This document shows positions 50,912 to 62,509 of a DNA stretch of 64,000 bases, piece by piece (the first letter of the stretch is position 1; each line of letters starts with the position of its first letter). The notes beneath the pieces are model-generated. The model worked only from the letters and a program-made list of their open reading frames with translations, did no database searches and had not been told where the DNA came from. The position numbers and the translations under genes were made by a program. This DNA is from an uncultured Nitrososphaerota archaeon (GTDB lineage: Archaea > Thermoproteota > Nitrososphaeria > Nitrososphaerales > CADDZS01): contig CAWCYI010000004.1 in NCBI GenBank assembly GCA_963799845.1, positions 32,001-96,000 of the forward strand. The letters run 5' to 3'.

Positions 50912-51394
50912 TTAGATTGAAGTTAAAGCTGAGTTCTGATCTCTGATTCCGGAGTGAGAGATCCATTTTCTGTTGTCCCAGGATACGATGCTCGTAGGTT
51001 TGAACTCTACAACCACTCGATGCTCCTTCCCGTACGTTTCCTGCCAGGTCTTTGGAAATCGATCAGTGTTTCTCACAGGAGAGTATTTTTCTGCAAGAAG
51101 TTCAAAGACATGTTTTCGAAGCACTTTATCGGAATCGACAACCTTCGCAAGTCCTCTAATCATAACTCCTCGCAGTTCGGTATATTTTTCTCCGTCCTCA
51201 ACTACTCCGCAAACCTGGGGCCGGTTCATAATGTTCTTGATCTTCTTCTTGTAGGGCTGCGCTCTGAAGTAGATTCTATCGTTAATGACTACAAACCAGA
51301 TTGGAGCAGCGTGAGGAAAGCCATCCGAATCGAGAGAAGAGAGAACCATTTTGTAGTGATTCTTGATGAAGGCCCATGCTTCTGTCCGGGTCAT
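50912..51394 (-). CDS. Pyridoxamine 5'-phosphate oxidase-like (split-barrel FMN/F420) protein
   Basis: DGFPHAAPIWF, KKIKNI..RPQV, GVMIRG, IVSWD. Confidence 0.85.
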   Translation of the reverse strand: MTRTEAWAFIKNHYKMVLSSLDSDGFPHAAPIWFVVINDRIYFRAQPYKKKIKNIMNRPQVCGVVEDGEKYTELRGVMIRGLAKVVDSDKVLRKHVFELLAEKYSPVRNTDRFPKTWQETYGKEHRVVVEFKPTSIVSWDNRKWISHSGIRDQNSALTSI

Positions 51395-51523
51395 CGGTAT
51401 GTATTGGGTGTGTCTACCCTTGTTTAGTCGAGATTGGACCTTCGAGTACATTTTCGCATTCTACCTCAATTGAGATCGAAAAAGTGCGGTTGCAATAGTG
51501 CATTCGGCATAATAGGTTTATTG

Positions 51524-51539
51524 CCTCAGTGAAGAAACA
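51524..51539 (+). repeat. Target-site duplication, left copy CCTCAGTGAAGAAACA
   Basis: Identical 16-mer at 52576-52591. Confidence 0.9.
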
Positions 51540-52575
51540 TCTCTTATCAAACAATTATTTCGCTCCATAGTCAACAAGGTTAGGCTGGGGGACTATTGGA
51601 GGAGCATCTGGAAGAAGCATGGCTATGGGTCAAGAAAGCTTTCAGAGGAAAAGGTGGTGTGGGTGGTCAAGGCTAGAGAGAGCGGCCTTGCAGCCAGGGA
51701 TATCGCATCAACCCAGAACATCACCGTGAGAAGAGTGGAGCAGCTTTATGCCCAATACAGGGAATCCGGAGAGATACCATCTCTCAAGAAGGCAGGCAGA
51801 AAAAGAATCGAGATCCCAATTGAGGAGAGGAATGCGATCATCGAAGCTTCAAGGAAGTTTGGCGTCGGAGCCTGCTACCTCGTTTCAATCCTCAAGAGAG
51901 ATTACGGCATCGATGAAACAAACCACATGCGAGTCTATAGCGTATTGAAGGAGGAAGGATTGTTGTACAATACAGCAAGGACGCGCTTCAAGCGCAAGTG
52001 GATCAGATATGAAAGGGAGCATTCCAATTCGTTGTGGCACGTCGATTGGCACGAGATGAAATCGTCAGTATACAGGGGCAAGTGGCTGGTAATCTACGAG
52101 GATGACGCATCGAGGTACATCCTGGGTTATGGCGTGTTTGACTCTCCGTCGTCTGAAAATGCAGTGAGCGTCCTGAAGGAAGCGATCAGGGAACATGGCA
52201 GACCAGCATCAATCCTCTCAGACAGAGGTACATCCTTCTATGCGGTCGAAGCTGAAACAAAAACGAAAGGTCTCACTGAATTCGAGCTCTATCTGATGAG
52301 GAATCACATCAAACATATTCTTTCAAGAGTGAGACATCCCCAAACCAATGGAAAATTGGAGAAGCTCTTTGATACGGTTGAAAGAGGACTCGCGAAGGGA
52401 TTCTCTCCGATTGAGGAGTGCGTACGCTGGTACAACTGCATCAAGCCCCACGGAGCCCTTGATCTGGAGAGAGCTGAAACTCCACTGGAAGCCTACTACA
52501 GGAAGATGGAAATAAAAGAGGAACTCATAGATCCTTCAATCATGTGGGAGAGCGAAATGATTCTTTGATAGAACA
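51540..52575 (+). mobile_element. IS481-family insertion sequence
   Basis: Imperfect 26-bp terminal inverted repeats (TCTCTTATCAAACAATTATTTCGCTC vs TGTTCTATCAAAGAATCATTTCGCTC, 21/26 matches), flanking direct repeats, DDE transposase. Confidence 0.88.
51654..52568 (+). CDS. IS481-family DDE transposase
   Basis: HTH N-terminus; WHVD, SDRG, PQTNGKLE triad; YN..KPH. Confidence 0.92.
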   Translation: MVWVVKARESGLAARDIASTQNITVRRVEQLYAQYRESGEIPSLKKAGRKRIEIPIEERNAIIEASRKFGVGACYLVSILKRDYGIDETNHMRVYSVLKEEGLLYNTARTRFKRKWIRYEREHSNSLWHVDWHEMKSSVYRGKWLVIYEDDASRYILGYGVFDSPSSENAVSVLKEAIREHGRPASILSDRGTSFYAVEAETKTKGLTEFELYLMRNHIKHILSRVRHPQTNGKLEKLFDTVERGLAKGFSPIEECVRWYNCIKPHGALDLERAETPLEAYYRKMEIKEELIDPSIMWESEMIL

Positions 52576-52591
52576 CCTCAGTGAAGAAACA
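52576..52591 (+). repeat. Target-site duplication, right copy
   Basis: Identical to 51524-51539. Confidence 0.9.
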
Positions 52592-52634
52592 TGAAATAGC
52601 CTTATCGATGGAATGAACGCAAGCACGACCAAAG

Positions 52635-53672
52635 ATGACAGAGCAACTTCCAAAAATCTCGCTTAATTCAGTGGATGAATACGAACAGGAAGCGAAAAAA
52701 TCACTCACGCCAGATCTGCTAAACTACATCTATGGAGGAACCGAGACTGGCGGGACCCTGAACCGAAATCGGACAGATTTTGGAAAATACCTCTTGAGGC
52801 GTCGCGTACTTCGCGACATCGATAATGTCGAGGCTGAAATCTCCTACTTTGGAGGGAAAGTTAAAAGCGAGCTGCCGTTCTTCCCTGCCTGCATCAATAC
52901 ATCTCCCCTTTATCCGAAGGCAATCTTGGATGTCCTCCGAGCTGGAAAGAGCTTCAAGGTCCCGATATTCATTTCCGATATCGCTATTTCGGACGGGTTG
53001 GAGGCGAGCGATTTACCACGCCTAGTTCCACCAGAAGTTCCTCTGATCTGGCAGATTTACATCTTCAAGGAGAATTACGACACCATATTCAAGCGTGCAA
53101 AGCTTGCCCAGCAATACGGCTATCGTGGATTGGTCATTACTGTCGATGCTGACCTGAATATCAAGATAGGAAACGAAATCCCGATCGAAGTCCGCCGCAA
53201 AGATTTTCACAGAGTAAAGCTTTCGGAAATCAAAAGACTGCGGGATTCGATTTCTCTGCCATTCATGGTGAAGGGAATTATGACGCCTGAGGATGCGATC
53301 GTAGCAGTCGAAAACGGAGCTGATGGTATCATTGTCTCCAATCACGGGGGCAGAATCATGGATTTTGGCGAGAGCTCGATCGAGGTACTTCCCGGGATCG
53401 CAAAGCGTTTGAGATCCAAGAAATCGACCAGAAAGACTGAGATATTTTTCGACGGCGGCATAATGCGAGGGGCTGACATTCTGAAAGCGCTTGCCCTCGG
53501 AGCAAATGGCTGCTTACTCGGTAGAGCGATTTTTTCAGGACTCGCGGTAGATCGAGAACACGGGGTTGAGAATATCATGACAATCCTAAAGGACGAGCTA
53601 CTACGCACGGCATATTTCTGTGGTGTAAAAGATCTTTCCGACGTTAGCTCGAAGATCTTCGTAGAAGCCTAA
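52635..53672 (+). CDS. FMN-dependent alpha-hydroxy acid oxidase/dehydrogenase
   Basis: VKGI, SNHGGR, DGGI.RG.DILKALALGA. Confidence 0.9.
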   Translation: MTEQLPKISLNSVDEYEQEAKKSLTPDLLNYIYGGTETGGTLNRNRTDFGKYLLRRRVLRDIDNVEAEISYFGGKVKSELPFFPACINTSPLYPKAILDVLRAGKSFKVPIFISDIAISDGLEASDLPRLVPPEVPLIWQIYIFKENYDTIFKRAKLAQQYGYRGLVITVDADLNIKIGNEIPIEVRRKDFHRVKLSEIKRLRDSISLPFMVKGIMTPEDAIVAVENGADGIIVSNHGGRIMDFGESSIEVLPGIAKRLRSKKSTRKTEIFFDGGIMRGADILKALALGANGCLLGRAIFSGLAVDREHGVENIMTILKDELLRTAYFCGVKDLSDVSSKIFVEA

Positions 53673-53977
53673 GTGCTGTCGAAGATCTTCGTCTTCGAAG
53701 CCATCCCGATAACGGTGTTTGTGTCAACCACGAATTTCGTCCCTTCGATCTTCGCGATCGCAGAATTGAACACATTGTCGTAATCCGCTTCGAGGAAGTG
53801 CCTCTTTACCTGGACGACCGCAATAACATCATACTCGCCCGTGATCATGTGAACTTCGATCACCTCATCCATCTTCAGGAGCTCCTCCATGACATCTTTT
53901 TCCCTCATCGGTTCGCACTGGATGAGAATAAACGCACGCGTATACTGCTTCATCGGTTCCGGCTGTTTCAAGAACAT
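53669..53977 (-). CDS. Stand-alone Lrp/AsnC ligand-binding (RAM) domain protein
   Basis: AFILI...VHMITGEYDVIA, no HTH. Confidence 0.8.
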   Translation of the reverse strand: MFLKQPEPMKQYTRAFILIQCEPMREKDVMEELLKMDEVIEVHMITGEYDVIAVVQVKRHFLEADYDNVFNSAIAKIEGTKFVVDTNTVIGMASKTKIFDST

Positions 53978-54169
53978 CTTTTTCTTTCCCCGCAGTCGAA
54001 ACGGTGATTTTCTACGGCTCTATATTAACCAAACTCTCTTCAGGAGTACCGGCTTGAATCAGGAATTCATAATGGTATAATCTCAAGCACGCCGCTCACA
54101 GTTTATTACGGGTATTTTTCTTATTTGATCAAATCTCCCCCGACGGATTTCAAAAGTGGCTCTCGAGAA

Positions 54170-54936
54170 ATGCAATCACCAGAAACCCGTACAAAGGCCA
54201 GCTCCTCCTGTGTCAGGTCATTCCGACTTACAACGAGGTGGAGAACATACCGGTTGTGCTTGAGAGAATTGAAACACTGCGCGCGAATCTTGCATTTGAC
54301 CTGATGGTTGTGATCGTGGACGATAACAGCTCCGACGGCACCGCCGAGAAGGTAAAGGAGCTGATGAATAGATACGACAACCTCAAGCTAATCCAAAGGC
54401 CCGGGTTGATGGGGCTGGGCTCAGCCTACATGGATGGTTTTGCCTACTCGCTCTCCAACTTCAATGCAGACTATGTCGGCGAAATGGATGCAGACCTTCA
54501 GCATCCGCCGGAAACTTTGAGCGAAATGGCAAAGAAAGCCTCGGAAGGAATTGACGTCGTTGTGGCGTCGCGATACGTAAAGGGTGGTAGCTCAACCGAC
54601 TGGTCGTTCAGCCGACTCATGGTCAGCCGCGGAGCAAATTTGCTGACGAGGATATTTTTGCGGGTACCAGTTAAAGATGCGACTTCCGGTTTCCGCCTCA
54701 TCAGCCAGCGTGCCATAAAGGGCCTGTTCACCTACAAGGTTTCGAGCAAGGGCTACTCATTTCAGGTTGAGAGCCTCTACGCCTACAAGAAACTGAAGAT
54801 GACTTTTGCCGAAGTCCCCTACAAATTCGAGACTAGAAAAGCGGGGGAGACGAAGCTCAACACGAAAGAGATCTGGCGCTTTTTCAGAACGACTGTCAAA
54901 ACCGGGATACTGGGACTCAAGAAAAAGCAGGAGTAG
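54170..54936 (+). CDS. Polyprenol-phosphate mannose synthase-like GT2; N-terminus probably frameshifted near 54200
   Basis: VIPTYNE lies in-frame upstream of the called GTG; VDDNSSDGT, MDADLQHPP, DATSGFR; nearest ATG (54170) is in another frame. Confidence 0.85.
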
Positions 54937-54937
54937 C

Positions 54938-55792
54938 TCAGGCAATCTGCCTGGGAGCTTCTTCCTTGGCTCTCGAATAGACTCCCTTGTACTCTGAGAT
55001 TGAACGGCCCGTTCCACCCTTCATCGTCTTGATGATTTCAGCCATGATGGAGAGTGCTATCTCCTCGTACGATTGAGATCCGATATCGATTCCTATCGGA
55101 ACGTGGATCTTTTTCAGGTCCGCAACCTTCAGGCCCTCTTTTTCGCTCAGCTCCTTGAAAAGCGCGCTCGCTCTGTGGAAGCTGCTGACCAGTCCGATGT
55201 ACTGAACGTTCAGGCCCGCGACCGCCCTAACTGAGGGTTCGTCGTACTTGTGCTTTGTTACGATTACAACTGCGGTGCTTTTCCCGAACTGGATCTGTGT
55301 AACCGCCTTGTCCGCAAACTCAGGAATTACAACATCAGCCTCGGGATACATCTCCTTTGTCGCTCCCGGATCAACGACCGTTATGTTGAAGTTGAGAATC
55401 TTTGCAATCTTTACAAGCGGTCCAGCAATGCTCCGCTCTCCTCCGCCGCCGAAAACAACCAGCTGGTTCCCGGGAACAAAGGGCTCGATGTAGATCTCCA
55501 TCGACCCGCCGCAGTTCGCGCCGATGCCGCCCTTTTCCTCTTCTTCGAGCAACACCGACATTGTTCGTGGCTTTCCTTCCTTGATCGACTCGAGCGCCTG
55601 CTCAACGACCACGCTCTCGGAGCAACCTCCACCGAGATTGCCGTGAACGATTGAACCATCGTTAGAAATTAGAATTTTGAAACCGATTCTTCCGGTCGTC
55701 GAACCTTTGGTACCGACTACCGTCGCAGTCGCGAAATTCTCGCCCTGCTCCGAAAGGCGGGACATCTTCTGGACAAATTCAATCGAGCTCAT
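54938..55792 (-). CDS. XdhC/CoxI family molybdoenzyme maturation factor
   Basis: GNLGGGC.E, CGG.M, PIGIDIG...EEIALSIMAE. Confidence 0.88.
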   Translation of the reverse strand: MSSIEFVQKMSRLSEQGENFATATVVGTKGSTTGRIGFKILISNDGSIVHGNLGGGCSESVVVEQALESIKEGKPRTMSVLLEEEEKGGIGANCGGSMEIYIEPFVPGNQLVVFGGGGERSIAGPLVKIAKILNFNITVVDPGATKEMYPEADVVIPEFADKAVTQIQFGKSTAVVIVTKHKYDEPSVRAVAGLNVQYIGLVSSFHRASALFKELSEKEGLKVADLKKIHVPIGIDIGSQSYEEIALSIMAEIIKTMKGGTGRSISEYKGVYSRAKEEAPRQIA

Positions 55793-55846
55793 GTCACCTA
55801 TTGATCAGTTCCCCGCTATTTAGTTTTGAGTATCGGAGCCCGATCG

Positions 55847-56740
55847 TCACTCGACGGATGAGATGATCGTCCCGATGGTTTCGAGCTTGAATTCGAACGT
55901 TTCCCCGGGGGCAAAGTATGGATACACGCACGGAATGGTCACTCCCACCTCCCTGAACCTTGAGACGTATTCTGCAAGTTCTTTCTGGCCAGGATTCACG
56001 GGTGAAATCTCACGGAGGCGCTCAGGATAAATCTGCGAAGATTTTGCCGCTCTAATAAGATCTGATGCGCCATCCCTTTCGAACATTTTGTGGTAATGAG
56101 GAAGCATGTCGTAATTCCCAAACTCATCTATCGCCAGCTTGGTTGCAGTCTCTTTTGATTTCGAAAAGAAGGTCTTTAGGTAACATGCTATCTCGAGCTT
56201 TCCACTGTACGACTCGCTGACACTTTTTGCGACTCTGCCTGCGTACCCTGGGGAGCAAAAATTCATCAGGATTCCATCGCAGCTTCCGGCCACTTTCTTC
56301 GCGATTCCAACTTTGAGAGTGGCGATGAAGGTTTCGGGAAAAGACATTCCATCGCTGCTTGGAAATTCGCTCTTGATCTCCTGAAGTCTCTCGAGCATGT
56401 CATCGATTTTCTTTTCGGGGTTGGGGCCCGGATTACCGGTGCCAATGCCAAGCAGATACCTGTTTCCAGAAATCGCTTGCAGAGTTTCCAGCCTCCGGAG
56501 AAGCTGTTTTTCATCTTGCTCAAACAATCTGAACACGCCGCTGCCCACCCGAAGTCCTTTCGTCACTCCGAGGCATGCACTGCTGATCTCGAGGGAGTCA
56601 AAACTCCCCGGGAGGTCAGGAATGAAAAGATGAGAAACACTCGACTGGTCGATAACCTTCGCGAGCTTTACGATCTCGCTAGGCACGATCACCGCCGAAC
56701 GGAGAGCAATTCCAGACCTGGCCATTGCGAACAATTTCAA
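55847..56740 (-). CDS. Luciferase-like (LLM) flavin/F420-dependent oxidoreductase
   Basis: LRVGSGV, GNRYLLGIGTG, DGILMNF. Confidence 0.75.
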   Translation of the reverse strand: MKLFAMARSGIALRSAVIVPSEIVKLAKVIDQSSVSHLFIPDLPGSFDSLEISSACLGVTKGLRVGSGVFRLFEQDEKQLLRRLETLQAISGNRYLLGIGTGNPGPNPEKKIDDMLERLQEIKSEFPSSDGMSFPETFIATLKVGIAKKVAGSCDGILMNFCSPGYAGRVAKSVSESYSGKLEIACYLKTFFSKSKETATKLAIDEFGNYDMLPHYHKMFERDGASDLIRAAKSSQIYPERLREISPVNPGQKELAEYVSRFREVGVTIPCVYPYFAPGETFEFKLETIGTIISSVE

Positions 56741-56815
56741 GTGGGAATCAAATCAATCTTGTGTCTTCGAGATAGACAATAATGATAACGTGGCCATCAA
56801 TTCGGAACTAGATTT

Positions 56816-57430
56816 TCATTTTAAGCTCGACAGAAAATCTTCTATGATCCTCAGAGTCATGCCCCAGATTACATATTTTCCCATGTATACAAATGCCAGC
56901 GCATCGATTTTCCGCCCCTGCCTCGAAAACGAGAAAATCGACGAATTGTTCCCATCAAGGAAGTAACTCGTCGGTGTCCAGAAATAATCATCAATTTCGT
57001 TGTGGTCGATCCTGACTTCAATATCAGGAGGAGCGATTGCTACAAATGGAGTGACTCTAATCGAGAAATTTCCCGGGAAAACCTGTGCGAGTGGTCCTAC
57101 GACTTCAAGGTCATCCAGATTTATTCCTGTTTCTTCCATCACTTCTCTCTTGACAGTTTCGAGTAAAGTTTCTCCAGATTTTGATCTCCCACCGGGGAAC
57201 GCGATCTGTCCCGACCAAGGATCTCCCTCGAAAGATCTTCTTTTCAGCAAGAGTACTTCGAGCGAGTTTTTTGAATCTGCTTGTTTCAGGATCATGCAGA
57301 CTGCCGCGGCGGGCAATTTGCTTTGATCACTCTCTGGTCGAATATTGGCATCTATCTGTTTCTGGGTGTGTCTAACTTTATCGAGGAGAAAGTTCAACCC
57401 CTGAGACGTGTCTTTTTCCGCCGCGACCAT
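56816..57430 (-). CDS. Nudix hydrolase, CoA pyrophosphatase type
   Basis: SGQIAFPGG, REVMEETG, IWGMT. Confidence 0.9.
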   Translation of the reverse strand: MVAAEKDTSQGLNFLLDKVRHTQKQIDANIRPESDQSKLPAAAVCMILKQADSKNSLEVLLLKRRSFEGDPWSGQIAFPGGRSKSGETLLETVKREVMEETGINLDDLEVVGPLAQVFPGNFSIRVTPFVAIAPPDIEVRIDHNEIDDYFWTPTSYFLDGNNSSIFSFSRQGRKIDALAFVYMGKYVIWGMTLRIIEDFLSSLK

Positions 57431-57559
57431 CTAGAGAAAAATCACTGTGTGGCCTGTATTTCAAACAAGCGAGGCAGACAACTCAGATAAACTTTTGAGC
57501 AGAACAAGAAAAGTTGATTTTCAGCATCATTTCTGAACTATCTTGAGGTCTGGCAATAC

Positions 57560-57745
57560 ATGTTTGAGTTTTCACTAATTATCCTTGCAATTGGCTTGTC
57601 GATGAGGTTCCTAGACGTAACAAGCTTGTTTGATTTTTCCGCGGGTCTGGTTGCCTTTTTCTTCATCATCGTCTGCGTCCTCATCTTCATCTTTGTCTAC
57701 GACAACCTGAGAAGACAGAAGGCCGCTGCTCCTACGACGACCTAA
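57560..57745 (+). CDS. Small membrane protein
   Basis: Two hydrophobic segments and a basic tail. Confidence 0.45.
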   Translation: MFEFSLIILAIGLSMRFLDVTSLFDFSAGLVAFFFIIVCVLIFIFVYDNLRRQKAAAPTTT

Positions 57746-57811
57746 ACGAAACAGCCCTGATCTCAGCTCTCCCGATGGGGTAAGGATATTACTAGCTTCC
57801 TACCCGATTAC

Positions 57812-60621
57812 ATGTCTCCGGTCGATCTGACGACGCAAACTTCTCTAGATTCTTTCAGGACTCTGGATTCTCACGTAGAGGAACGCTATCGCAAGATAGG
57901 TTGGACAGAACTAACTCCAATTCAGCAGAAATCCTATCGCCTGCTGCTCAGGGGGAAGAGTGCACTGCTCGTTGCTCCGACCGGCTCCGGAAAGACCGAA
58001 GCGGCAGTAATCTCGATATTTGCAAGACTCGCAATGACGCGAGATCCAGCGGTCGCCAAAGGAATCCGAATGCTATACGTTACTCCGCTCAGGGCGCTGA
58101 ACAACGATATTTTCAAACGGCTGATTGCCTACGCGGAAGCGGAGGGCCTGCGAGCTGAAATCAGACACGGGGATACTCAGCTCGTATGCAAGGCAGAAAA
58201 TGCTCGTTTCACCACCTGATGTCCTGATCACCACTCCAGAAACTCTCGGAATCTTGCTTGTCAGCCGGAAATTCAAGGCGCATCTCACTTCGCTGGAGTG
58301 CGTTGTGATTGACGAACTCCACGAACTGCTCGGCAGTGAAAGGGGATCGCACCTCGCGGTCAGCCTCGAAAGACTCCAGAGAATTTCGAAACACCCCGAG
58401 TTCATGCGGGTTGGTCTTTCCGCAACCGTGGGTGAACCTGAGGAGGCGGGTCGTTTCCTCGTGGGCGAGCACGGCAAATGCGTGGTGGTCACCGACACCG
58501 AGGCCCGAGGTTATGATGTCAAGGTAAAATTCGTCGAGGGCAACCTGACTTCTCTTGCCCAGAAGATTGTAGATTACATCGCCGAGGAAAAAGGAGAAGA
58601 CAAGAGTACTCTCGTGTTTACGAACACTCGAGACGAAGCGGAATTCCTCGGAGCGGTTTTGAAAGCAAAGGTTCCCTCGGTTCCGGTTGAAGTCCACCAC
58701 GGCTCGTTATCGAAGGAGAGCAGGGAAACGACGGAGGGCATGTTGAGAAGCGGAGAAGCAGGTATCGTAGTCTGCACGTCCTCGCTCGAACTGGGGCTAG
58801 ACATCGGCGCGGTAAATCTGGTCGTCCAGGTAGGATCTCCCCGACAGGCGACCAAGCTTATTCAGAGGATCGGACGAAGCAGGCACAAGCGGAGAGAAAA
58901 AGCAGTTGGGGCGTTGATCGCGAACAGGTACGACGATGAGCTCGAGGGAATCGCCCTTCTCCAGAGAGTCGAGAGGCATTCACTCGAAGCGATCTCGATT
59001 CACATGAAGCCCGTGGATGTCGCAGTGCACCACCTTGCGGGGCTGGCACTTGAGGAGAGTACTTTCAAGATCGATGATGCCCTAGCCCTATTCAAAAAAT
59101 CCTATCCTTTCAAGGATCTGACTAAAGAAGAGCTAGCCAGCGTCGCCGAGATCATGGAGAGCCAGGGCTTGATCAGGTTTGACGGCGAGGTCATAAAGCG
59201 CAGGGGCCCGAGAACGTACGATTACTACTTTTCAAATCTTTCGACCATTCCGGACATCCAGCAGTTTGAGGTCCACGACATCACAACGAAGAAAATCATC
59301 GGCCGCCTAGATCAGGTGTTCGTTGGAGAGTACGGAGAGCCCGGCAAGCCGTTCGTCCTGAAGGGAAACTCGTGGCGGATTGTCTCGATAGAGGATGACA
59401 AAAAGATCCTGTTTGTCGAGCCGATGTTCAGGGACCTGAGCCAGATACCTTACTGGGTTGGGGAATTGATCCCGATCGAATACGAGACCTCGCAAATCGT
59501 TGGTTCGTTGAGGAGACAAATTTCGAGCGGAAAATACGAGTACAGTCAGCCGATTTCAAAGGGGCAGGTCGAGAGGCTTGAAACGACCTCGAAGCACCTC
59601 TCCAGTGTCCCTGATGAAAAATCGGTCGTGATTGAAAAACGAAAGGCTTCTGCTGCGATCGTCGTTCACGCGTGCTTTGGCACAAAGATCAACCAGACTC
59701 TTGCCACGATGCTGTCCACTCTACTTTCAGCGAAGATAGGATACCTGGTCGAGACAAAGTCAGATCCGTACAGGATAGTACTCTCGACCAGCGGTCCACT
59801 GGAGACAAAACATGTCGCCGAAGGATTGAAGGAGAGCATAGATCTCAGGGAAATCCTAACGACTTCGATAGTGGGAACGCACCCTCTGAACTGGAAGACC
59901 TGGTACGTCGCAAAGAAATTCGGGATAATCGACAAGACCGCCCAGTACCGATCGGAGAGCAGCACGTCTGATTCAGGAGCGATACAAGACAACGCCACTC
60001 TATAACGAGATACTGAGGGAGCTGTTCCAGGAGAAGTATGACATTGACGCGACGGCGAAGATCATGTCAGACATGAGAGAGAACAGGACCGCAATCAGGG
60101 TAGTTGAAGTGGAGGAGTTCTCGGATCTCGCAAAACCAATCCTCGAGTACACTTCGAGCTTCGCTGCGATGCCGCTGACGATGGACAAGGCGATCCTGGA
60201 CCTTGTGAAGGAAAGGCTGGGAAATGCGAGGCATAAACTGCTCTGCATGAGCTGCGGGAAGTATGAGTCAGTCGTAAAGACAAAGGACGTCAAGGAGCCG
60301 CTTATCTGTCCCCTATGCCGCTCACGCCTGATTACAGAGACTTATGCTTCAGATCTGGAGCTGCCGAAAATTATCCTGAAGAAAAAGAAGGGAATCCCGC
60401 TAACAGACGATGAGGAAAAAAAATACCGTCGGGCGTGGAAGACTTCGAGCCTGATCCAGAATTTCGGGAAGAGAGCTCTAGTAATTTTATCCGGCTTCGG
60501 CGTGGGGGTCGATACCGCCGCGAGGATAATTCGAAGAACCGGTGACGAAGATCAGTTCTACAAGAACATTTACCTGGCAGAGAAGAACTACATCGCGACT
60601 AGAGGCTTCTGGCAGGACTAG
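57812..60621 (+). CDS. lhr: Lhr-family DEAD/DEAH helicase, frameshifts near 58178 and 59948
   Basis: APTGSGKT, IDELHE, SATVG, QRIGRSRH, C-terminal CxxC pairs; three ORFs join by single-base shifts. Confidence 0.9.
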
Positions 60622-62161
60622 CCGGATATCGCTTTCTTTTCTATGGTTGAATAATTTTTCAGGACGAGAAACTTTTTTCCTTCATAAGTCTGCACTTCCA
60701 CCGATTCCAGAACGATCCGATCGCCGGCCGAAAATCCTTCGAGCATTTTGGAGAGAGCCCTCCACCCGTAAACTTTCAACTCACCGGTGTGGTCCGCAAC
60801 GGTCAGGTCGGTCCTCCTCACCAGTCCATCCTTCGTCTGAACTTCCCTGCTTATCGGATCGTTGAGACAGATCAGTTCCAGCGAGACAACCGAATTTTCG
60901 GAGAGCTCTTCAACCTTAACAAATAATGCCGATGAAAGGGGTATGTCCGGCCTCTTTGCAGAAACTTTGGATATTGAATTCGCTCCCGCGAAGTTTGCCC
61001 TAAAAGTGGTATAATCAACGGATTCGGGTCTGCAGATAACCACGCTGTCTTTTTGAATCTCTCCGAGATTTTTCGTCGCTTCGTCGCTCGCGACCGCAGA
61101 TATCTTCCGCTTCTGCGAGTCAACAAGGAGAAGATGGAATCTGCTGTCATTTGGAGATTGTTTTATCGAAATGACGCGACCAATGAAAGGAAGCACAGTT
61201 GTTTTCTTTTCCAGATCCGCGGAAGTGGGCTTTCCACCTGCTAAACGAGCACGATCAAGCATCCAAGCTCTCGTCTCTTCAAAGTATTCTTTTACGCAGG
61301 TACTCTCGTCCCCGTGGATCTCCAGTCCCGTTGAATTCTGGAAAGTGCTGACCTTGGTCCTGACATTGAGCACCGTGATAGCATCTCCCTCGTGGAGTTT
61401 TTCATAGACCGGAGATTGATTGTTCCAAACCACAACACGAGTAGCGCCGCTTCCCAACTCGTCGCTCATGGAAAAAGACACATAATCGGAACCGGTGCCA
61501 TCGCTTCGAGAAAAACTGGTTCTTTTTACTTCTCCGATTATCTTGCCCCGGACGACAAGCAGTCTTCCCCCTTCGGAGATAGTGGAAGGTGTTGAGGCTA
61601 TTTTGTCTAGGGCATCGATTTTCAGGTTTGAACTCTCGTCCTCGTTCACCTTCTCGAACCGGCCTCTTTCCCCGACGTTGAGCTCGGGACTCCCGTCGAG
61701 ACCCGGCCTGGTGTAAGCTTCCGAGATCTTGATGAGATCCCCGGGCTGAATATTCAGTGAAGGATCAAGGATTTTGAAAACGGCGGACTCCCAGAGGCTG
61801 ACCAGAGCATTAGCAGAGTTATCGTAAATCGCGAGCTTTGAGAGCAGGCCCTTGCTCGAGTCTGACTTCCTCGTGAAGCTCTAGGCACTCCGATCGAAAT
61901 CAATCTGGCGACGACTGTGACCGTTTTTTGATCCGAGACCAACTTTGAGATTGAAGCCGGCCTTTCGTGATCGTAATCTACGCTCACTCCCAGATCGGAT
62001 GCGACGAGAAATAGAGCTCCCTGATCTGTCAGGTAACCGCCGCCGACCTTCGCCTTCTTCTCCTGAATCAGTCCAAGCAGTTGGTGCCTGTCCATGTTTG
62101 ACCTTGAAGAAAGCTCCGATATCAAGTCCTCAAACTTATTTTCAGAAACGACAGTCAACAA
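60618..62161 (-). CDS. rpa: Replication protein A (multi-OB-fold ssDNA-binding), frameshift near 61880
   Basis: GYLTDQGALFLVA N-terminus; shifted frame FTRKSDSSKG...NVGERG joins the 60618-61649 ORF; OB-fold motifs. Confidence 0.85.
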
Positions 62162-62509
62162 AACGACTCTCCAGCAAGACCGGTTGGTTCAGGCGCGACA
62201 GGATCGGAAGGTTTGGGTATTAACTATTATGAGATTTTTTCATTTGTTTCGCACTGAGACTATCAAACAGACTGAGGTAATTTTCTCGAACTCGAAATTT
62301 GCCTCGGTCGACCGTTTTTCTCGAAGATAGATCAAAATGAGCTTCATTATCAAACTTTTTTAACCAATTCGCATTGGCTTCGGCCGTTTGAATCTAATTA
62401 ATTACACAAATCCCGGCCGGGTTTCTCAGGCTGGAGGCAAAACAGATCAATATTTCTTAATCACGCCGTTTGGATCTCAGGCAAGAAAAGTTGGCCCAGG
62501 TGCGAAAAG

